Positions 58,029 to 64,000 of a DNA stretch of 64,000 nt are shown one piece after another. The stretch is from the NCBI RefSeq assembly GCF_018350175.1, contig NC_058368.1, forward strand, positions 77,316,001 to 77,380,000, in the 5' to 3' direction. This DNA comes from Felis catus. Its lineage: Eukaryota. Under the pieces are notes generated by a model. It worked only from the letters and a program-made list of their open reading frames with translations. It was not told the origin of the DNA and ran no database searches. Positions within the stretch are counted from its first letter, which is position 1, and every line of letters starts with the position of its first letter. A program made the position numbers and the translations under genes.

Positions 58029-60409
58029 CTTGTGGGGGGCATGGGACCAGACAAGATAAATAAGGAGGGCAGTAAACCCAGTTAAATATAGATAATTTCT
58101 ACCATCAACTAGATATACAAAAAACCGTTAAATCATAACACAAGGCGGCATTTGAGTATTGGCACACGGAGTGATTTTAAAAATAGAACAAGAAATGTGA
58201 GGGAAGAAAGGGATCAGCGGAGACATATGTGAGGGAAATTGCTTGGTAGGAGCTGGGAGTTATGATGGATAGATCTGAGGTATGGAGAGGGTCTGGAAGA
58301 GAGTCGGGAAGCAAGGCCTGCTGTCTTCAGCTTTAGCAGAAGGCTGCACTTTCAGGGGTAGGCTGAAGGAGGTACTGTAGTCAGTTGCCAGTCACTGAGG
58401 GGCACTAAGGAGCTGAGGACTTCACAGCTCAACTCCCAAAGCAGTAACTTCAAAGGCAGACCAGCGTGTCCGCTCCCCCTCCTCCCCGCCCCTGCCCCAG
58501 GGCTGCATGGGGGGCGGGTGCATTGCAAAATCAGGGCACGCCTGATGCTTGTCCAATTAATTTGGCGGAAATATTGGCCACCAGGATTGTTTGGTGCCAT
58601 GTAGACAAAAAGAGAGAATGCAGTGGCCAAATCTGTCACGATTATCAAGCTATTCTTTTAAGATGTGCAATTACAGATCTCACTTCTTACTGTAGGGCTT
58701 TGAGGATGTTTACCTTAATGAGAGTGTGGGAGTAAGAGGTTCTGGGGGTGGGAGGGGAAGGTTATATTTTTCCTCAAGGGAAAAGGATGGTCTTCTCCAA
58801 TGGAGATTCTTACCTGGCGATTTCCAAGGAAGAAGTGAGGAAAGGAAAGAGTATTATTTATTTTTGGGAGGTGGGGCTTGCAAGGGAGTGGTTTATAGGA
58901 GGTATCCCAGAGTACACCGCGGGACTTGCCCCAACAGTGTCAAACAAATAAATGTCATTGGCTACTGAGATGATTTATCTGAACTGAATTCTCTCAGGTG
59001 TCAAAATGCTTTCTAGTTTTTTTTAAAAACACAATTTGGACTTGAATACCTGCGGAACATGGTTTGGATTCTTCAGTGGCAGAAGGTCCCTGCCACCACG
59101 GATTCCAAGGAAGAGTCTCAGGTTTGCTTGTTTTTGCTTGTACTTTTGAACTACCTATTCTACCTTCTGATAAACAAACAAACAAAAAATCCTTCTTTAA
59201 TGTCACTAGACATGTACACAGTTATAAATGCAGCCAAAGACACCAATTAATGGTATTGAGTAGGCCTTTCCAACTACTCAATCCCTGGAGATTTGGAAGT
59301 GCCCTATTGGCCAACTGGACTCCCGATGGCCTTATTTGCCACTCCCTGAAGATAGCTGAAAAGATTTCAATGGCTACAGCTTTGTGAATTTATTTTTAGT
59401 TCTATTTTTCATGCTCCTTCTTTTAACAGCACGTTTTCAGATAGGCATTCATAAGTTCAAACATGCCACTTTGAAACAGGGATTAAACAAATAAGAAGAA
59501 AATGACACAAATAGCACTTAGATATGCAAAAAAGAATAAATAGGTCCAATCATTTCCATTTTCGCTTTTCCTCCTCAAGAATTGGTTACAGGGGTTTTTG
59601 CATGGGAGGCTAAGCTCTGTCTGTAATGTGGATTCAGAAACATCCGTTTAAGTATGAAGGGCTAGAATCTGTCCATACATTTGTGTTGTGTGAAGCCACT
59701 CACCAAAGTTGAGTGATGGGCCCGCTAGACCCAAGGGCTGTGTGTTAGGGTTAGAAAGAAGGGTAGAAAGAGAGGTGGTTTGAGGAACTATATCAGCTGA
59801 TCGACTTGCAACTGGGGACCTGTGAACCCACGCCAACGTCCTGGAGTGAGAACGCTTTTCAGAGAATGAGTCAAGAGAATAGATGTGGGCATGTAAGATC
59901 TCTGAAAGGTCCTGCAGCAGAGAAGCGTGGCCTTGTGTCCCGTGAAAAGAATGAAGCAGAGCAAGAAGGCAGCACCTGCACTCCCATGACCCTCACCACT
60001 CGTGAGGGGTCAGCTGCACACATGAATGTGGAACAGAGCATGGGGCTCAGTTCAGAAGATGGAGCCCCCTGCCTCTTTCGGCAGTGAAGGAACAGGAAAG
60101 GAGGCAGACATCAGAGATCTTGGTGCTTTTCATGTTGAGGAAAACCCCACGAAAGTGGCCAGGAGGCACCTCATGTGACACTACAGTCAATCTCAAATCT
60201 CTGCCCCCTTTGGAAAGTTCTTGAGGGATTAGAGACAGTCTCTCAATCCTCCAACTGGGGACGGAGCCAGAAATACTGTTATTTTTACCCCAGGAGAACA
60301 CGGGCCACTCGTATTCTCAGTTCAGGCCAAGAGTCTTAAGGAGAAAAATGTTTCTCATATCTCTGATTTCCACTGAATAATAAACCATTTCAGTGTCATT
60401 GAGTTCTGC

Positions 60410-60970
60410 CAGGACTAGACTCCCAGGGTTTGAATTCTCCAGCCATCTGGCTTGGGTCAGGTGATTTCAGCTTTCTGCACCTCAGTTTTGGTTTTCTTTT
60501 ATCTGTAGAGCAGGGATAAAGTTGCTACCTTATCGGATTGCGGATCAAATGATATGAATGTAAAACGCTCCCATGATGCAGTTGGTGGTGCTGGCGACCC
60601 CTTTTGCTCACCTTGCGCTGCTGGCTGTTACACTGACCCTTCCGCCTGACCAGCACCTCTGTGCTGATGGCTCACTTGCTTACACCTCCTGGCCCAACCT
60701 CAAGCCTGAATCCGAGGTTTGTTTATCTATGGTCTACATGGCCGTTGGAGGGATGCTTAAGAGGAGGGTGAGCATTGCCTAGATGCTTTTGTCTCCAATG
60801 CTACGTGCTACTGCAAAGTTACCCTCTGTGCCTCAACTGCCTCGTTTGTTAATTGGGTACTAGTAATACCTATTTCTGGTGTGTTACAAAGACTAAATGA
60901 GTCAAATACTGATAAAATGCTTAAACCATGCTCGGTCCATAGTAAGTGCTCAGTGCATTCTGGATCATAT
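60410..60970 (+). mobile_element. Two MIR fragments (about 60410-60570 and 60790-60970)
   Basis: GGGTTTGAATTCT; TCTGCACCTCAGTTT..ATCTGTA; CTCTGTGCCTCA..TAATACCTA..CATAGTAAGTGCTCA. Confidence 0.7.
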
Positions 60971-61129
60971 TATCTCTAGTGAATTTCTTATAGGTATCTT
61001 GTTTCCTGCCATGTCCAACCCCATTCACTCATACAGTGATTCAGCCAGCAGTTACAGAGCACCTGTTCAAATGCCACTGGAGACATGGTGGTTAAGAAGA
61101 CAGGCTTTCTTTCCTCACAGAGCTGACCC

Positions 61130-61670
61130 TCCAGGGCAGAGGAGCAAAATAAATAAGTGAATACACACTGAAATCCGTTTCCTTCTCTCTGCCAGCAGTC
61201 AGGCTCTGTCACATGGCTCTATCTCCTGCCTCATCTCGCTCATGGCCTCTTCCCCTCACACTGCTGCAGCCACACTATTTGTCTCTGTTTCTCCAGTGTC
61301 CCAGGCTTCTTCCAGACCCTGAACACACTGCTTTCTCTGCTGGGGGCATCCTTTCCCCTAATTTTCCCGTGGTTGGTTCCACTGGGAGCTCACTCCCGAT
61401 ACACTTCCGGGAGGAGGCGTCCATGGCCTGACGTTGCCTAGTGCTCACCCTCAGCAATGTGCTGGGTCTTCATCCTACTGACTCTCTTTCTGGCACTTGC
61501 CTGCTCTGAAGTCATTAATGTTTTGCCTCTTTATTGTCTACTTGCCACCAGAAAAAAATGGCATGAGGACAAGGATCTTCATCTGGTGTGCTGCTTCGTC
61601 ACCTGCCTTCTCAGCACCTGGCCTTGGGAAATGCTTACCAATATTTACGCATATGCGAATAAATGGATCC
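61130..61670 (+). mobile_element. L2 3' region
   Basis: CACACTGCTGCAGCCACAC; GCATGAGGACAAGGATCTT; CAGCACCTGGC...AATATTT..GAATAAATG. Confidence 0.75.
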
Positions 61671-62342
61671 TCATGTGCCACCGTTCCCCACCGGTGAGGT
61701 CTAATCAACGCGTCTACTTGGTCCGGGTCCCATCTGAAAAGAGGGTCTCACATGGTCACAACTCAGGAGTGGCAGCAAAGCTGGCACCTGTCCGAGCTCC
61801 TGGGAGACCTTACCAGCAGCGCTAACCAGGAAACAGACCTGCTGAGGGACAAGAAGCGACTTTTCTAAAGCCACTGGGCAAGTCAGAAGCAGAACCAGGA
61901 CGGGCCCAGCATGTCTGTGAACCCCCCGTCCAGGGTATACCGCCATATCGCACGTGGCCTTGTCACACCCAGTCCTGAGCAGAGACTTTCACTCTGTGCC
62001 ACACACAGTCCGCTCGGCCCCACCCACGGGGACACTGCAGGCACCAGCTAATGGTGGGGCCCTGTGTGGCTCGTGTTTGCTGCAGTGATCATGGTGGGTG
62101 GGAGCTAACCTCAGCTTCCAGGGCACTGTCACTGTGGACACCGAAATGGCATAACTGAGTTAAGATGAGTAAGTGACAAATAAAGCCAACTTTTTACAAA
62201 CAAACAAAGGAGGGCCTCACATTCAGACTCTAAATGAGATAATGCGTTCATTAATGGTGTGTGTGAAAATATTATTAATGAGTATAAAAGGAAGCTTCAA
62301 AATGTTACAACTTTTATGATCTTGCTTAAGCATTTCCTCATT

Positions 62343-62543
62343 TAAAAAATTTTTTTTAATGTTTTATTTAGCTTTGAGGGAGAGTGGGAGCAGGGAAGGG
62401 AAGAGACAGAGGGGTACAGATGATCCAAAGGGGGCTCTGAGCTGTCAGCACAGAGTCTGATGCAGGGCTCAAACTCACAAGCTGTGAGATCATGACCTGA
62501 GCTGAAGTTGGATGCTTAACTGACTGAGCCACACAGGCACCCC
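62343..62543 (-). mobile_element. Can-SINE
   Basis: Antisense copy; TCCTCATTT on both flanks. Confidence 0.94.
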
Positions 62544-63309
62544 TGGCGTCTCCTCATTTTTAAATGTAAGTGGCCCTTGCTTTGCTAACTGTCTAAGAGG
62601 CTGGCATCAGCCATTTCTCAAGTGCTTTTGAACTCTCTTCTTTCTCCAACTGCTACAAACCCTCACTTACGCCATCTATTTTTAAGGAGACAGAGATACA
62701 CCCCTTGTCAGCGGTTCCTCTTGAACCATATGTCCATAGAACAGTACAATCAGATACCACACATTCAAGTACAAGTAGTGAGGTCTGGTTCAACACCCAC
62801 ACTTTAATATTTTTAAATAATTACATATGAATATATTATATGTAAAAGATTTATATGTGTTGTGTATAATGTCTAGAATCATTGTTATTATCTTACCTAT
62901 CTAGTCATTTATCAAATACTACTGCACTTTTGCTCTGTGATAAGTATCATGTTAATTTTTAGAGATGGAAAAGAAAATGACAAATGAAATTCAGGAGTGT
63001 GAAATGCAATGAAAAAGGTACGTATGAGAAACATATGATCGTATAGTATGGGCATCACAAGTAGATGAATATACACAATGATATACAGATACAGAGGGGA
63101 GCCAAGTTTCTGCCTTCAGTCAGGGAGGCTCCACGGGGAGAGTGATTTGAACTGAGCCCACAGCAGGAGTTTCCCCAGCAAAGAATGTTGTGAATGGCAA
63201 TCGTGAGGCACTCATGGCTTGTAAGGTGGCCGAAGAAATCAACAAGTTTGTGTGGAGACACAGTACGTGGTGACAAGCAGAAGCAAATGTCAGAAAAAGG
63301 GTAGACTGT

Positions 63310-64000
63310 TGCTGAGTTGAAGGTCCTTGTTGCACTGAGTTTACATTTTATATTCTGGAAAGCCGACAGAATATTATAAGCTTTGGAGTTGCTTGATCAC
63401 CCCCTTTGGGAAAGATTATGTTGACAGTGATATGATAAAGGGATTGAACTATGCATGTTTGGAAGTCGGGACTAAACTATGGTCAGTAAATCCTGATGGA
63501 AACTGTTTTAATACTTTGAAGAAAACATACCAGCATCACATAGTGTTAACGTAAAGGGAGAACCGTGCCAAAACCTTACAATGGATACCATTTGGTTATT
63601 ATTGAGAAGTCAGAGTTGCAAGTTTCCGAATTTAGAAAGCTAGATGACAACGAGGTTATTAGTTGAGGCCCAGAATATAGAAGGAAGAGCATGATTTAGG
63701 AGGAAGAGAATACCTTCCATTCTGTACCAGTGGTTCCACATATTGTAGTTAGATATTGAGATCTAAATGGCAGAAGGGAGTAGGGCAAGTAATTTGGTAT
63801 TCAGATAGATGGTATTTCCCAACACAAACAGAGTGAGGCTATGCTGGGCAGTGGAAGAGGATCCAGGTTCAAAATGTGTCATGATAGACCCATGTTTTGA
63901 AGAAGGAAAAACTACAAGGGCCTGGGAGATGGAGAAATATACAGATGCAATGAAAGCACTAAGCAGCCAGCAGCAGAGAAAGTATTAAGTGGGAACTTCT
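63310..64000 (-). mobile_element. Degenerate L2 body
   Basis: GGAAAGATTATGTTGACAG; GAATATAGAAGGAAGAGCATGATTTAGGAGGAAGA; TAGATATTGAGATCT; purine-rich antisense L2 character. Confidence 0.5.

Noticed and set aside
1..64000. CRISPR arrays, operons, rRNA or prokaryotic defence systems
   Set aside because: The sequence is mammalian, with no regularly spaced repeat-spacer arrays, long ORFs or rRNA similarity.

Overview
This window is mammalian non-coding DNA from a carnivore, almost certainly a felid: about 46 tRNA-derived Can-SINEs are present, several of the young Felidae SINEC_Fc type with intact target-site duplications (TSDs). I find no supportable protein-coding exon, RNA gene, CRISPR array or CpG-island promoter. 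The ORF track is explained by SINE or L1 read-through and chance. The window is a layered transposon record (Can-SINEs, carnivore and older L1, HAL1, L2, MIR, L3/CR1, ERVL-class LTRs, hAT MITEs) with SINE-poor unique blocks that hold clustered transcription-factor motifs. The most notable items are: (i) a near full-length fossil hAT (Blackjack-like) transposase on the minus strand at about 2160-5720, split by later insertions; (ii) a fossil reverse-transcriptase domain at about 51170-51530 whose motifs differ from the usual mammalian L1, L2 and L3; (iii) a 45-bp palindromic insertion with 8-bp direct repeats; (iv) candidate enhancers (Meis/Pbx/bHLH, GATA/RUNX/ETS, DR5 RARE, kB cluster). I see no evidence of a new multi-gene system. 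Repeat family names come from my recollection of consensus sequences, not from a database search, and old-repeat boundaries are approximate.
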